Origin: Escherichia coli
GTDB taxonomy: Bacteria > Pseudomonadota > Gammaproteobacteria > Enterobacterales > Enterobacteriaceae
Reading direction: 5' to 3' (one strand)
NCBI RefSeq assembly: GCF_003334335.1
Contig: NZ_QOWQ01000027.1
DNA length: 64,000 nt
The notes under the pieces: generated by a model
Seen by the model: the letters and a program-made list of their open reading frames with translations, nothing else
Database searches by the model: none
Told to the model about the DNA's origin: nothing
Shown here: positions 49,332 through 61,958 of the stretch, one piece after another
Layout of the letters: every line of letters starts with the position of its first letter
How positions within the stretch are numbered: the stretch's first letter is position 1
Translations under genes and position numbers: made by a program

Positions 49332-51512
49332 ATGACAACTAAAAATATGAATACGCCACCAGGCAGCACTCAGGAAAATGAGATCGATCTGCTTCGTCTG
49401 GTCGGCGAGTTATGGGATCACCGTAAGTTTATTATCAGCGTGACCGCGTTATTCACGCTGATCGCTGTCGCTTACTCGCTGTTAAGCACACCAATTTATC
49501 AGGCAGATACTCTGGTCCAGGTTGAGCAAAAACAGGGCAACGCCATTCTCAGCGGCCTGAGCGATATGATCCCTAACTCATCGCCCGAGTCTGCACCGGA
49601 GATCCAACTGCTGCAATCGCGCATGATTCTCGGTAAAACCATTGCTGAACTGAATCTGCGCGACATAGTTGAGCAGAAGTATTTTCCGATTGTGGGTCGC
49701 GGCTGGGCGAGATTAACCAAAGAAAAACCAGGTGAGCTGGCGATCAGCTGGATGCATATTCCACAACTGAATGGTCAGGATCAGCAACTGACACTCACGG
49801 TTGGGGAAAACGGCCACTATACACTGGAAGGTGAAGAGTTCACCGTCAATGGTATGGTCGGCCAGCGTCTGGAAAAAGATGGCGTTGCGCTGACTATCGC
49901 GGACATTAAGGCCAAACCAGGAACACAGTTTGTCCTGAGCCAGCGTACCGAACTGGAAGCGATTAACGCATTGCAGGAAACCTTTACCGTTAGCGAACGC
50001 AGTAAAGAAAGCGGGATGCTGGAACTTACCATGACTGGTGATGATCCCCAGTTGATTACTCGTATTCTGAACAGCATCGCTAACAACTATTTGCAACAGA
50101 ATATCGCTCGCCAGGCGGCGCAGGATTCACAAAGCCTTGAATTCTTACAGCGCCAGTTACCTGAAGTGCGCAGCGAGCTGGACCAAGCGGAAGAAAAACT
50201 CAACGTTTATCGCCAGCAGCGCGATTCGGTTGACCTTAACCTGGAAGCCAAAGCCGTTCTTGAGCAGATTGTGAACGTTGATAATCAACTCAATGAGCTG
50301 ACCTTCCGCGAGGCAGAGATCTCCCAGCTGTATAAGAAAGATCACCCAACTTATCGTGCGCTGCTGGAAAAACGCCAGACGCTGGAGCAAGAACGCAAAC
50401 GCCTGAATAAGCGGGTATCGGCAATGCCTTCCACCCAACAGGAAGTGTTGCGTTTAAGTCGTGACGTAGAAGCGGGCCGTGCGGTATATCTGCAATTACT
50501 TAACCGCCAGCAGGAGTTGAGTATTTCGAAATCCAGTGCCATTGGTAACGTGCGGATTATCGACCCGGCAGTCACTCAGCCGCAGCCAGTGAAACCGAAA
50601 AAAGCGTTGAACGTGGTGCTTGGTTTTATTCTTGGCCTGTTTATTTCTGTGGGTGCCGTGCTGGCGCGTGCGATGTTGCGTCGTGGTGTAGAAGCCCCGG
50701 AACAACTGGAAGAGCACGGCATCAGCGTTTATGCCACTATCCCAATGTCCGAGTGGCTGGATAAACGCACCCGTCTGCGTAAGAAAAATTTATTTTCTAA
50801 TCAGCAGCGCCATCGTACTAAAAATATCCCCTTCCTGGCGGTGGATAACCCGGCGGATTCTGCTGTGGAAGCCGTACGTGCGCTACGAACCAGTCTGCAT
50901 TTCGCTATGATGGAGACGGAGAATAACATTCTAATGATCACCGGTGCGACGCCAGACAGTGGTAAAACGTTTGTCAGTTCAACTCTGGCAGCGGTGATCG
51001 CCCAGTCCGATCAAAAAGTGTTATTTATTGATGCCGACTTACGCCGTGGTTATTCGCATAACCTGTTTACCGTGAGTAATGAACATGGCTTGTCGGAATA
51101 TCTGGCAGGTAAAGATGAGCTCAACAAAGTGATCCAGCATTTTGGCAAAGGAGGCTTTGATGTGATTACTCGCGGTCAGGTGCCACCTAACCCGTCTGAA
51201 CTGCTGATGCGCGATCGGATGCGTCAATTACTGGAATGGGCGAACGACCATTACGATCTGGTGATTGTCGATACGCCGCCGATGCTGGCGGTGAGTGATG
51301 CCGCGGTCGTGGGGCGTTCTGTTGGCACCAGCCTGCTGGTTGCGCGTTTTGGCTTGAACACCGCCAAAGAGGTGAGTTTGTCAATGCAGCGTCTGGAACA
51401 GGCAGGCGTCAATATTAAAGGCGCTATCCTCAATGGTGTGATTAAACGCGCCAGCACCGCTTACAGTTACGGCTATAACTATTACGGTTATAGTTACTCC
51501 GAGAAAGAGTAA
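49332..51512 (+). CDS. etk: BY-kinase (Wzc-like tyrosine autokinase, C-terminal Tyr cluster), 726 aa
   Basis: ORF track; Walker A GATPDSGKT; C-terminal YSYGYNYYGYSYSEKE. Confidence 0.95.
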   Translation: MTTKNMNTPPGSTQENEIDLLRLVGELWDHRKFIISVTALFTLIAVAYSLLSTPIYQADTLVQVEQKQGNAILSGLSDMIPNSSPESAPEIQLLQSRMILGKTIAELNLRDIVEQKYFPIVGRGWARLTKEKPGELAISWMHIPQLNGQDQQLTLTVGENGHYTLEGEEFTVNGMVGQRLEKDGVALTIADIKAKPGTQFVLSQRTELEAINALQETFTVSERSKESGMLELTMTGDDPQLITRILNSIANNYLQQNIARQAAQDSQSLEFLQRQLPEVRSELDQAEEKLNVYRQQRDSVDLNLEAKAVLEQIVNVDNQLNELTFREAEISQLYKKDHPTYRALLEKRQTLEQERKRLNKRVSAMPSTQQEVLRLSRDVEAGRAVYLQLLNRQQELSISKSSAIGNVRIIDPAVTQPQPVKPKKALNVVLGFILGLFISVGAVLARAMLRRGVEAPEQLEEHGISVYATIPMSEWLDKRTRLRKKNLFSNQQRHRTKNIPFLAVDNPADSAVEAVRALRTSLHFAMMETENNILMITGATPDSGKTFVSSTLAAVIAQSDQKVLFIDADLRRGYSHNLFTVSNEHGLSEYLAGKDELNKVIQHFGKGGFDVITRGQVPPNPSELLMRDRMRQLLEWANDHYDLVIVDTPPMLAVSDAAVVGRSVGTSLLVARFGLNTAKEVSLSMQRLEQAGVNIKGAILNGVIKRASTAYSYGYNYYGYSYSEKE

Positions 51513-51523
51513 AACTGAAAGTG

Positions 51524-51558
51524 GCCGGATGCGGCGTGAACGCCTTTTCCGGTCTACG
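51524..51558. repeat. REP element (GCCGGATGCGGCGTGAACGCCTTTTCCGGTCTACG)
   Basis: REP consensus between etk and appA. Confidence 0.55.
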
Positions 51559-51590
51559 CATTAGACAGTTCTTCGTTTGTCATCAGCCTC

Positions 51591-51622
51591 AGAGCATTCA
51601 GGTAACTGAATGCTCTTTTTTA
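51591..51622 (+). terminator. Rho-independent terminator downstream of etk
   Basis: Perfect hairpin AGAGCATTCAG-GTAA-CTGAATGCTCT followed by TTTTTT. Confidence 0.7.
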
Positions 51623-51626
51623 TGCA

Positions 51627-52925
51627 TTACAAACTGCACGCCGGTATGCGTGCTTCATTCACGATTTGCGTAAAACCTGCCAACGAACACATGCCCTGCG
51701 CATTTCGCTCTTCACATCCTGCCAGGGTCAGTTTCACCTCTCCGGGCGGCGTATTTAATGACAGCGGCGTTTTATCACGCATCTGCTGTAAAGTCTGGAA
51801 GACCAGCGAAACCTGAATCCACTGGCTGTTATCGCTTAGCCGACGCCAGCGTTCAAACACCAGTTCACCACCTGGCGGCGTGTTATCCGGCTGACCGGGA
51901 AGCGTCCAGTTGAGCTCCAGTGCGCCGCCGAGATTTGCCAGATTAGTATCGTGTCCGGCGATAAACAGCACTGAAGTGGGTAATGTCACACCATACGCCT
52001 GTTTTTGCGGTGGATGGGGCGTCAACGCTGTCTTGATCAAATCTAATAACGGGGTGGCGCGGCTGCGGGCAACCTCTGGCGTGCGTTGTAGCAAATAAAA
52101 TTGCGCGTTATGCAAACTTAGCAAGGTGTTCCACTGGTGTGAATCGGTGATCCTTCCCCACCCCGGCTCCGGCATTCCCTGTGCTTGTTGCAGGAGAAAT
52201 ATCTCCGTCAGCATTGATGCGAGGCTTACCGCACCGGTTAATGAGACATTGTCGGCGCTCACCTTGAGTTCCGATGGTAATGCCTGCGTTAATGAACAGC
52301 TTTCGTCCTGTTTCTCACGTTTAAGGCACAAGTTTGATTGCGGAAAATTAAGCACCCGTTCCAGTTCGCGAAACGCCGTTTGCCGATGCCCGGTAAAGTC
52401 AGCAATTGACCCTCCTGCCCTGCTGAGGATCGCGTCAGTCACGTTCGCGTTATCCAGTTGGCAAACGCCAGTTTTTAGAGGATTAAATAACGGATCGGGA
52501 CTGGACGTATCTGCCTGGGTATGTACGGTTATTGCACAGTCAGGTGCCAGCCCGGCGGCGAAGGCTTCGCCTGTTTTACGGGTACGCTCGTCGACATCAG
52601 CAATAATCGCGACCTGACCAGACTGCGGGCAGCCCTTTTTCGCCAGCAATCCGTCGGCTACCAGACGCTGGCGTTGGTAATGTCCGAGATAGGCGATTAG
52701 CTCACCACCGCGCGGTGTCAGCCAACCCAGTTTTACCGGCCAGGTTGGCCATGCGTCTGGGGTGACATCCTGCATCAGTTGCGTGGCCTTGGTTGGAGCA
52801 CGCACACCATGACGACTGACAATCACCACACTTTCCAGCTTCAGCTCCGGCTCACTCTGAGCGAATGCAGATTGCGGGGTTAACGGAATCAGAAGAGATA
52901 AAAATGGGATTAAGATCGCTTTCAT
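51627..52925 (-). CDS. appA: Periplasmic acid phosphatase / phytase (histidine acid phosphatase, RHGVRAP), 432 aa
   Basis: ORF track 51627..52955; start set at MKAILIPFLSLL. Confidence 0.95.
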   Translation of the reverse strand: MKAILIPFLSLLIPLTPQSAFAQSEPELKLESVVIVSRHGVRAPTKATQLMQDVTPDAWPTWPVKLGWLTPRGGELIAYLGHYQRQRLVADGLLAKKGCPQSGQVAIIADVDERTRKTGEAFAAGLAPDCAITVHTQADTSSPDPLFNPLKTGVCQLDNANVTDAILSRAGGSIADFTGHRQTAFRELERVLNFPQSNLCLKREKQDESCSLTQALPSELKVSADNVSLTGAVSLASMLTEIFLLQQAQGMPEPGWGRITDSHQWNTLLSLHNAQFYLLQRTPEVARSRATPLLDLIKTALTPHPPQKQAYGVTLPTSVLFIAGHDTNLANLGGALELNWTLPGQPDNTPPGGELVFERWRRLSDNSQWIQVSLVFQTLQQMRDKTPLSLNTPPGEVKLTLAGCEERNAQGMCSLAGFTQIVNEARIPACSL

Positions 52926-53004
52926 CGATATGTTTCCGCTTTTCATATCTGACATTATTGATTGCCTGATGCGATGCTAATGCGCCGCATCAGGCCTACG
53001 TTCG

Positions 53005-53097
53005 TTAACTTTTCAGACGCGGGTCCAGCCATACCAACACAAGGGTGGAGAGCGAACACATCAACAAAATGCCGACGAACCAAAGTAAATACCACAT
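53005..53097 (-). CDS. appX: Small membrane protein of the cytochrome bd-II operon, 30 aa
   Basis: Below the ORF-track cutoff; hand-translated reverse strand gives MWYLLWFVGILLMCSLSTLVLVWLDPRLKS. Confidence 0.65.
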   Translation of the reverse strand: MWYLLWFVGILLMCSLSTLVLVWLDPRLKS

Positions 53098-53109
53098 TGT
53101 TTCTGCTCC

Positions 53110-54246
53110 TTAGTACAACTCGTTTTCGTTACGGCGGAGAGTTTCTGTTGTCATGCGCCCCCACATTTTGTAGTAGCTCCAGAGAGTGTAGAGCAACACA
53201 ATGGGCAAAAATATCAGCACGATTACCAACATAATGCTCAGCGTCAGCTGACTGGAAGTACTGTCCCACAACGTCAGGCTGGAGATCGGACTCACGCTTG
53301 ACGGCATGACAAAGGGGAACAGCGTGATGCCTGCCGTGAAAATCACGCCAAATTGCATCAATGATGCCATCAAAAATCCCCAACCCGGGCGACCACGATA
53401 AATCGCCATCACCGTCAGCAATGGGCAGAAGAATCCCAGCAGCGGGAAGATCCACAAAACGGGCGACTCGACAAAATTATTCATCCAGGCACCAGGTAGC
53501 ACTGCCACCAGTTTCATTAACGGATTGGAAGGACCGTTAGCATCCTGGGCGAGCAGTACAAAGCCATCAATACCGACCCACAGCCAGTAACCCGCCAGCA
53601 AAAAGCACAGCATCACCAACAGTGCAGCGCGTTTGGTCGCCAGCTGTGAACGCAGATGAATCACACCAACAGTTTTCAGTTGTAACCAGACGCCACCTTG
53701 CAAAATCACCATCCCAAGGCTGAGCAATCCGCACAATAAAGGGAATGGCGTCAGCAGTTGCCAGAAGCTGCCGAGATACTCCACGCGTAATTGCGGTGTG
53801 AAGGCAAACGGCACGCCGAGCAACAAGTTGCCGAAGGCGATACCGAAGACTACCGGCGGCACCAGACTGCCGATGACCAGACCGGCGTCCCACATTTTAC
53901 GCCAGCGTGCATCGGCGATTTTTCCGCGATAATCAAAGGCCAGCGGGCGGAAGAACAGTGAGCACAGCACCAGGATCATCGCCACATAAAAGCCGGAAAA
54001 CGCCGCTGCATACACTCTGGGCCAGGCGGCAAATAATGCCCCACCAGCGAGGATCAACCAGACCTGGTTGCCTTCCCAGTGTGCACCAACGCTGTTTATC
54101 ACTATCCGGCGTTCATCATCATTACGCGCCACCAGCGGCAGCAGACAGCCGATCCCCATGTCAAATCCGTCGGAGATCATAAAGACCACCAGGATCACGC
54201 CAATCAGCAGCCACCAGATGAAGCGCAATGTTTCATAATCAAACAT
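53110..54246 (-). CDS. appB: Cytochrome bd-II oxidase subunit II, 378 aa
   Basis: ORF track; polytopic membrane protein. Confidence 0.95.
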
Positions 54247-54257
54247 GATTTTCTCCT

Positions 54258-55802
54258 TTACCCCTGTTGCTGCGTCGGTTGTTCACTCTGCATCGCGCTC
54301 GGCCCCAGACGGGCATATTTCTGCATCAGGTAGACTTCGGCGATTAAGAACAGGGTGTAAAGCCCTACGATCATGATCAGTGAGAAAGCCAGTTGTCCTG
54401 TGGTTAAAGCGGAGTGCGCGGAGTATGTCGGTAAGATGTCCTGTATCGCCCACGGCTGACGACCAAACTCGGTCATAAACCACCCGGCTTCAATCGCAAT
54501 CCACGGCAACGGCAAACTCCAGAGCGCCATTTTCAGCACCCAGCGATGCTGGTCGATTTTGCCACGCAGCGTCTGGACAAGCGCAATCAGCATCACCAGT
54601 AGCAGCAGGGAACCACAGCCCACCATGATGCGGAAACTCCAGAATACCGGCGCAACCTGAGGTATCGCGCCACGCATCGCCGCCTGGTACTGTGCGGCTG
54701 TGACATGATTCATATCCGGCGCATAGCGGGAGAGCAACATGCCGTAGCCCAGGTCACCTTCCAGTCCCCGGAATGCCTGCAACACATGCGGCTCACGATT
54801 GCCTTGCGATATTTCCTGCATTAACAGCCAGGCCATACGTCCGCGTTGCAAGCGTGGGTAGGTTTCAGCCATCAAATTCTTCAGACCCGGCACGGGTTTA
54901 TCTAATGAGTGAGTGGCGAGGATCCCTAGCAGCGCGGGAATTTTGAGGGCAAAGGCGTTACGCTCTTGATCCTGTTCCGGCCAGGCAACCACATGGAACG
55001 GTGCAGGTGCAGGTTCCGTTTGCCACTCCCCTTCCATCGCCGCCAGTTTTACCGGTTGTACTTGCGCGACTTCATACGCAGAACTGTCTCCGAGTTGCAG
55101 GGTACCGATAATCGCCAGAGTACCGAAGACGGAACCGATGGCAAACGAGCGTAATGCGACATCGCGCTCCCGTCCGCGCAGTAAATACCAGGCGCTGATC
55201 GCCATAATAAACATGGCCCCGGTCACGTAGCCCGCCATTACGGTGTGCACAAATTTCACCTGGCTGACCGGATTAAAGACCAGCTCGCTGAAGCTGGTCA
55301 TCTCCATACGCAGGGTGTCGATATCAAAATGCGCACCGGTCGGGTATTGCATCCAACCGTTGGCATTCAATATCCACAACGCAGAGAGATTTGAACCGAA
55401 CGCCACCAGCCACGTCACCAGCAGGTGCTGGTATTTATTCAGCCGTTGCCAGCCGAAGAAGAACAGCCCGACAAAGGTGGATTCGAGGAAGAAGGCCATT
55501 AATGCTTCCATCGCCAGCGGTGCGCCAAAAATATCGCCCACATAGTTGGAATAGAATGACCAGTTAGTACCAAACTGAAACTCCATGGTCAGGCCGGTAG
55601 CCACGCCAAGAGCAAAATTGATACCGAAGAGCTTACCCCAGAAGCGCGTCATATCGCGGTAGATTGTTTTGCCGGTGACCACGTAAATGGTTTCCATAAT
55701 AGCCAGCAAAAAAATCAGCCCCAGGGTAAGGGGTACAAATAAAAAGTGATACAGCGCGGTCAGAGCAAACTGCCAGCGCGATAAATCAATGACATCCCAC
55801 AT
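54258..55802 (-). CDS. appC: Cytochrome bd-II oxidase subunit I, 514 aa
   Basis: ORF track 54258..55808; start set at [20 protein letters not shown]. Confidence 0.95.
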
Positions 55803-55935
55803 GCGCACTCCTGTAGGCGAAGAGAGAAAAATAACCCGATAATGGTAGATCTCCCTCTTTATCCTGAAACTCTACGACCAGAGGTATTCGCCGATTGCGA
55901 TATTCATAAGACTGAAAGCGATACTTACCGTCTTT

Positions 55936-56793
55936 TTACGTCGGTGCAGCTTCCGCCAGCCACTGACATACCTCGCTAAGCCGCTGCGCAGAGTCGACCA
56001 AATCTTCTGGCGCTGCCAGCACCACTTCCGGTATTGGGCAGATTTCATAACTTTCCAGTAACGGGCCTTTTAAGGTGTCCGTACAGCGTAAATGCCAGAC
56101 ATGGCGTAACCCCGTGGCGTTGATATAGCTCTCGCCATAGCCAATGGTACGAATCTGAATATTTCCCGGCCCACAGAGACGTGAGAGAAAAAGCCGATCA
56201 GCCTCGCTGATGGGTAATTGCGTCAGATTAATGCTGTGCGGCTGCGCGTCGGGGTTACGTACATGTGCCAGTAACTCATGCGCCAACGGTAGGCCATTCA
56301 TCAGGCCATCAATGGGCGGCGGTAACAGCGAATCTGTCGGCAAGAGATTTTGCGTTGCCGCCTGCCACAACGCCAGCGGCGCGCAGCCAGCCTCCAGTTT
56401 GTCCTCCAGCAACTTTTCGCCGCGACGTCTGCGCACCCGCCATAATCCGCAGAAGATCGCCTCCTGTATTTCACTTTCACTGTCGTCAGCCTGCTGAATG
56501 CGCACTGACACTTCCCCTTCCCCGAGAAGCGTATTGATAAAGTGACGATCGTCGGCGTTGAGATTTAACAGATCGACTGCCAGCACCTCGCCCAACGGCG
56601 GTTGGCGTTCGCTTAGTTGATGTTGTAACTCGTTTAACAGCGCAATCACCTGCGGGCTGTGAGCACATTGCTCCAGGGCCGCCATACTCGGTTCATCATT
56701 CACCTGACAGGTGATCGGCAGTGGATTCATGCTGAAACTGTCATCGTTCGGTTGCGTTCCTGGCCCCAGCAGATGGAAAAAAGTTTCGCTCAT
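55936..56793 (-). CDS. hyaF: Hydrogenase-1 maturation protein (HupH/HyaF family), 285 aa
   Basis: ORF track 55936..56853; start set at [12 protein letters not shown]. Confidence 0.9.
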   Translation of the reverse strand: MSETFFHLLGPGTQPNDDSFSMNPLPITCQVNDEPSMAALEQCAHSPQVIALLNELQHQLSERQPPLGEVLAVDLLNLNADDRHFINTLLGEGEVSVRIQQADDSESEIQEAIFCGLWRVRRRRGEKLLEDKLEAGCAPLALWQAATQNLLPTDSLLPPPIDGLMNGLPLAHELLAHVRNPDAQPHSINLTQLPISEADRLFLSRLCGPGNIQIRTIGYGESYINATGLRHVWHLRCTDTLKGPLLESYEICPIPEVVLAAPEDLVDSAQRLSEVCQWLAEAAPT

Positions 56794-57188
56794 GAGGCAC
56801 GCTCCTGCTGCGGTTCGACAAGCCCGCGCATCAGGTTTATCAGTTCCGCCCACGGGTGAATACCATTCAGCACGCCGCGATAGTTTCCGCCGGTAAACAC
56901 TAAAGTGGCAGGAAAGCGAAAGACGCCAAAGCGATCGCCGATGGCTTCGCTCTGCTCAAGGTCAGCAATCGCCACCTGCCATGTATAGTCGGGAAACTCG
57001 CGCAGTAATTCGCCAATCATTACCGGATTATCGCTGACCTCTGGCGTGCGTTTCGGGTCACTGCTTAATAACACCACGCCGTCTGGCGCTTGCGTAAGCC
57101 AGTCGTCAAGACGGGATTCACTGACTGGCGTCCAGCCGCGCGCCAGCATTCGTTGCCACAACGCATCAAATGGCGTGTCGTTGCTCAT
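56790..57188 (-). CDS. hyaE: Hydrogenase-1 operon chaperone-like protein, 132 aa
   Basis: ORF track. Confidence 0.9.
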
Positions 57189-57772
57189 CCCTGCTCCTCC
57201 TGTGTCATCCGGTACTGGCGCAAGCGAACGCCTTCGTAATTTTCCATCGACAGACAGTCATAATTGAGACAGCGCGATTCATTAGCCGGTTGCGGCACAA
57301 TTCCCCACGCAGCAAGCTGCGCCAGCGCCGCCTGTTCCGCAGCGGGCAGTTGCTCCCGTGCCAGTTCGCTCAGGCTACCGCCGTAGTCGTCGAGCATTGC
57401 GGGTTGCAGACCGACGAGGGCAATATGTGCTGGCAGATGTCCGCGGATATCCGCCAGCGCCAACACTTCGGAGAAACTGTTCTGATGCAGGCTCATTTTC
57501 TTCGCGCTGAGATAAGCCGGAATGCGTTCTCCGGCATAGGTTCGCAGCGTTCCAGGTTCCAGCCCGTAGTCAATGGCATCGAGAATCAACAGATGGCTGG
57601 CGCTTTCGACATACCCCAGCAAGTTCAGTCCCTGAGTACCGCCATCGACAATCTCCACATACTCGGGCCAGTGGTAATGGGCATACAGCCGTTCCGCCAC
57701 CCGCACGCCGAAGCCTTCATCGGCCCACAGCAGGTTGCCCAGCCCCATGACCACCACGCGTTGCTCGCTCAT
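57185..57772 (-). CDS. hyaD: Hydrogenase-1 maturation endopeptidase, 195 aa
   Basis: ORF track. Confidence 0.9.
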
Positions 57773-58476
57773 GAACGCTCCTTGTTACTTATTTTGCCAA
57801 ATTTGTGGCTACGGTAGCCGTTGACCATGGTGGAGATCACCGTGTCGTCGGACATGATGTCTTCACGCAGCGCCATGTAGACATGACCGATCACAAACGC
57901 GCCAATCAGCCACATCCCCAGCCGATGCCAGCTGTGAATGTCCATTGAGTTGCCACCCGTCCAGTAGAAAAATTCCACCACATAACGGAACGGCGCAAAA
58001 ATAGCGTACTGGCTGTGTTCGCTGTACAGCGCAAAACCAGTGATGATCATAAAGACCGACATCAGGAAATAGCCGAACATCGCCGCCTGGGCGATGGGAT
58101 TATGGCCTATATCGGCACTCGGACGTTTTGCCAGAAACAGATACCAGCGGATTTCATACCACACGCCCTGCCACCAGCTTTTACGCCATACCGGCACGAT
58201 AAACAGCTCGCGGGAGTATCGATTGCCAACAAAAGCCCAGTAGATCCGCATCAGCAAAACCACGGTAAAAACCATCCCGGCGCTGAAGTGAATTAACCTG
58301 ATGTAGCCCATATAGAACAGATACGTCGCCTCGCCGCTGACGGAAGGTAGCGGCTTGCCGATAAAGTATCCGGTGACCATCAACACCGCCATGCATAACA
58401 CCGTCAACCAGTGCCAGATGCGCACTGGCGCTTCAAAGACATAGTGGCTGACAACGTTGTCGCTTTTCTGTTGCAT
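57769..58476 (-). CDS. hyaC: Hydrogenase-1 b-type cytochrome membrane subunit, 235 aa
   Basis: ORF track. Confidence 0.95.
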
Positions 58477-58494
58477 GATGATTCTCCTTCGCTG

Positions 58495-60288
58495 TTAACG
58501 CACCTGCACGGAGATCAGCTCGCTACCGTCGTCGCCCAGCACGTGTGTTGAACAGGCGAGGCACGGGTCAAAGCTGTGCAGAGTACGCAGGATCTCCAGC
58601 GGTTGCTCGGGGATCGCCATTTTGGTGTTCATCAGCGCCGCTTCATAAGCGCCAATCTGCCCTTTGGGATCGCGCGGGCTGGCGTTCCAGGTGGTCGGCA
58701 CCACGCACTGGTAGAGATCAATCTTGCCATCGCGAATGGCGGCCCAGTGGCCTAACGCCCCGCGCGGCGCTTCGGTAAAACCGACACCACGGCACTCTGT
58801 CGGCCAGGTTGCAGGTTCCCATTTTTCCGTGGAAGCAGTGGCGAGATTGCCGTTTTTCAGGTTGGTCATCAGCTTGTCGAAGAAATACTGCAACTTACCT
58901 GCGGCCCACTGCGCTTCGTGCGCGCGGCACAAAATGCGGCCTAACGTTGACTGGATACCGGAAAGCGGCAGGTTCAACGCCGACATCATGCGATCGACCG
59001 ACTCAACGGTCGCAGCATCGCCTTTGTGATAAGCGATTAACGTGCGCGCCAGCGGCCCCACTTCCATCGCGTTACCGCGCCAGCGTGGCGCTTTGATCCA
59101 CGAGTAGCGTTCCTGTTCATTCAGCTGCTGAATGTTGGTATCGCTGCCTTTGACATCGCCGGGGTTGTACCACGGGTCGGTGATGCCATCGAACGGATGA
59201 CGCCCGACCTGATCGTTGGGATATCGATACCAGGCGTGGTCGACAAACTCCTGCACCTGCTGCGGATCAACCAAATCCACTGGCAGCACATTGTTGAAGT
59301 CGCCGTTAATCACCGCGCCGCCAGGCATCAGCAGACTTTTCTCGCCAAAGTCGTTGGCAATATCCGGGAATGCGCCGTAGCTGAGAACGCATTTATCAGA
59401 AAGACCAGTGCCGATTTCGCTCCACGGTTTGTTGAACTGACCGATGGCTAAGGCGTCGGGGATCATCACGTTGTTAATGAAGTCCGCCGTGCGGGTGATA
59501 ATTGACTGCACCAGGTTCAGGCGTTCCATATTGACTGCCCCGACCGCGCCGCTTTCGTCAATGTTGATGGCGCAAGGCATCCCGCCGACAATCCAGTTTG
59601 GATGCGGGTTTTTACCGCCAAAGACCGCGTGGATTTTGACAATTTCACGCTGGAAATCGAGAGCTTCGAGATAGTGGGCAAAGCCCATCAGGTTAGCTTC
59701 TGGCGGCAGTTTGTACTGCGGGTGCCCCCAGTAGCCATTGCGGAAGATCCCCAACTGCCCGCCTTCAACAAATTTTTTCAGGCGGTTTTGTACGTCGAAG
59801 AAATAGCCAGGGGATGATTTCGGCCAAGAGGAGAGACTTTGCGCCAGTTCGGAGGTTTTCCGCGGGTCGGCTTTCAGCGCATCTAACACATCGATCCAGT
59901 CCATCCCGGCAAGCTGATAGAAGTGCACCAGATGATCGTGGCACCAGAGCGTTGCCAGCATAATGTTGCGGATGATATTGGCGTTGTCCGGCACTTTAAT
60001 ACCGATAGCATCTTCGATGGCGTAAACCGAAGCCAGGGCGTGTACGCCAGTACAGACGCCGCAGATACGTTCAACGAACGCCCACGCATCGCGCGGGTCG
60101 CGCCCTTGTAGGATGATCTCCAGCCCGCGAAACATGGTGCCGCAGGAGACGGCATTGGTGATCACATTCTGATCGTTAATATTCACTTCGCAGCGCATGT
60201 GGCCTTCGATGCGCGTAATCGGGTCGACCACCAGGCGGCGTCCGGCATTATTGATGGTGTATCCCTGAGTTTCGTACTGAGTGCTCAT
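58495..60288 (-). CDS. hyaB: [NiFe] hydrogenase-1 large subunit, 597 aa
   Basis: ORF track; N-terminal [10 protein letters not shown] and C-terminal DPCLACSTH Ni-binding motifs. Confidence 0.95.
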   Translation of the reverse strand: MSTQYETQGYTINNAGRRLVVDPITRIEGHMRCEVNINDQNVITNAVSCGTMFRGLEIILQGRDPRDAWAFVERICGVCTGVHALASVYAIEDAIGIKVPDNANIIRNIMLATLWCHDHLVHFYQLAGMDWIDVLDALKADPRKTSELAQSLSSWPKSSPGYFFDVQNRLKKFVEGGQLGIFRNGYWGHPQYKLPPEANLMGFAHYLEALDFQREIVKIHAVFGGKNPHPNWIVGGMPCAINIDESGAVGAVNMERLNLVQSIITRTADFINNVMIPDALAIGQFNKPWSEIGTGLSDKCVLSYGAFPDIANDFGEKSLLMPGGAVINGDFNNVLPVDLVDPQQVQEFVDHAWYRYPNDQVGRHPFDGITDPWYNPGDVKGSDTNIQQLNEQERYSWIKAPRWRGNAMEVGPLARTLIAYHKGDAATVESVDRMMSALNLPLSGIQSTLGRILCRAHEAQWAAGKLQYFFDKLMTNLKNGNLATASTEKWEPATWPTECRGVGFTEAPRGALGHWAAIRDGKIDLYQCVVPTTWNASPRDPKGQIGAYEAALMNTKMAIPEQPLEILRTLHSFDPCLACSTHVLGDDGSELISVQVR

Positions 60289-61403
60289 GCCTGTTTATCC
60301 TCATTGCCTGGCTGATGTTCGGTTTCTGTAGGTTGCTGGTTATGACGTCTGCGCTGGTCAACGGCGCTGGCGACTGCGTGCACACCAACAGCCGCTGCCA
60401 CCACGCCAAGCGCGGTTAAACCGACGGTATCGGCGGTGGAATGAGTACCCATTTGCGGAATATCGACCACGCGGCTGTAGAACGAACCGCGATCCCAGAA
60501 ACCATTTTCCGCACAGCCCAGGCAGCCGTGACCAGACTGGATTGGGAAAGAAACGCCATCATTCCAGCGTGTGGAGGAACAGGCGTTATAGGTGGTAGGC
60601 CCTTTGCAGCCCATTTTGTACAGGCAGTAACCTTTGCGGGCAGCGTCATCATCCCAACTCTGGACGAACTCTCCGGCGTCGAAGTGGGCGCGGCGATAGC
60701 ATTTATCGTGGATTCGCTGACCATAGAACATCAGCGGACGGCCCATTCTGTCGACATCTGGCAAGCGATCAAAGGTCACCATGTAAGTAATGATGGCGCT
60801 CATCACATCCGGGATCGGCGGGCAGCCAGGTACTTTGATAATGGGTTTGTCGGTGATGACTTTGTCGATAGGCGTTGCCTGCGTCGGATTGGGTCGCGCG
60901 GCCTGCACGCAGCCCCAGGACGCGCAGGTTCCCCAGGCGATAATCGCGCTGGCTCCGGCAGCGGCACGTTTGAGTTTCTCAATAAACGGTCGACCGCTGC
61001 TGATACAGAACATCCCCTGCTCGCCCAGCGGCGGATTACCTTCTACTGCGAGGATATATTTGCCATTGTATTGCGTGATGATGTCTTCAAAGACTTCTTC
61101 CGCCTGGGTTCCGGCGGCAGCCATCAAAGTATCGTCGTAATCGAGGGAAATCAGGGAAAGGATGACGTCCTTCGCCAGTGGGTGAGCGGAGCGGATAAAA
61201 GATTCGGTACAGCAGGTGCATTCCAGACCGTGGATCCATACCACCGGAATGCGCGGTTTGTTCTCCAGCGCCCAGGCAATCTTTGGTGCCATTCCCGCGC
61301 CTAATCCCAGCGACGTGGCAGCCAGACTACAATATTTGAGAAAGCTGCGCCGGGTAACGCCCTGACGCCGCATGGCCTGGTAAAATGTTTCCTCGTTATT
61401 CAT
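60285..61403 (-). CDS. hyaA: [NiFe] hydrogenase-1 small subunit with Tat signal, 372 aa
   Basis: ORF track 60285..61430; start set at [24 protein letters not shown]. Confidence 0.95.
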   Translation of the reverse strand: MNNEETFYQAMRRQGVTRRSFLKYCSLAATSLGLGAGMAPKIAWALENKPRIPVVWIHGLECTCCTESFIRSAHPLAKDVILSLISLDYDDTLMAAAGTQAEEVFEDIITQYNGKYILAVEGNPPLGEQGMFCISSGRPFIEKLKRAAAGASAIIAWGTCASWGCVQAARPNPTQATPIDKVITDKPIIKVPGCPPIPDVMSAIITYMVTFDRLPDVDRMGRPLMFYGQRIHDKCYRRAHFDAGEFVQSWDDDAARKGYCLYKMGCKGPTTYNACSSTRWNDGVSFPIQSGHGCLGCAENGFWDRGSFYSRVVDIPQMGTHSTADTVGLTALGVVAAAVGVHAVASAVDQRRRHNQQPTETEHQPGNEDKQA

Positions 61404-61829
61404 ATCGCACGTCTCTCCTCCTTGCGACACCGGCAGGACACCGGGCGCTTATGGTCGGCAAGCGACGTCCCTGTAGCAAGGCAAACCATCGCTTCACGTG
61501 AGATGCTGAAAACGAAAGCTCATCCTTCTGCACTGGCGCACGTCGCCAGAAAGTATTGTTAATAAAGCGTAGTGAAACTTTTGCACAAAACAATACAAAC
61601 TGTGTGGATTTATCTTTTAGCGATAAAAATGGACCTATTTTTCTTTTGGCCGGGCGGTGGGGATGTTTAGCCGGTTGCTAAACGAGTAAAAGAGAAGGAA
61701 TTCATGGTGATGAAATGATCAATCTGCTGTTATTTCACGCTATCAATGCACTTTTGGCTGTTTTTCAGGCAAACAAACAAATTAGGGGTTTACACGCCGC
61801 ATCGGGATGTTTATAGTGCGCGTCATTCC

Positions 61830-61917
61830 GGAAGTGTGGCCGAGCGGTTGAAGGCACCGGTCTTGAAAACCGGCGACCCGAAAGGGTTCCAGAGTTCGAA
61901 TCTCTGCGCTTCCGCCA
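61830..61917 (+). tRNA. serT: tRNA-Ser (anticodon UGA), 88 nt with long variable arm and CCA end
   Basis: GGAAGTGTGGCCGAGCGGTTGAAGGCACCGGTCTTGAAAACCGGCGACCCGAAAGGGTTCCAGAGTTCGAATCTCTGCGCTTCCGCCA; anticodon loop cTTGAAa. Confidence 0.9.
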
Positions 61918-61924
61918 AATAATC

Positions 61925-61958
61925 AAGGGGTTACCAAATGGTAGCCCCTTTCTTTTTT
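61925..61958 (+). terminator. Rho-independent terminator of serT
   Basis: Hairpin AAGGGGTTACC-AAAT-GGTAGCCCCTT followed by TCTTTTTT. Confidence 0.7.
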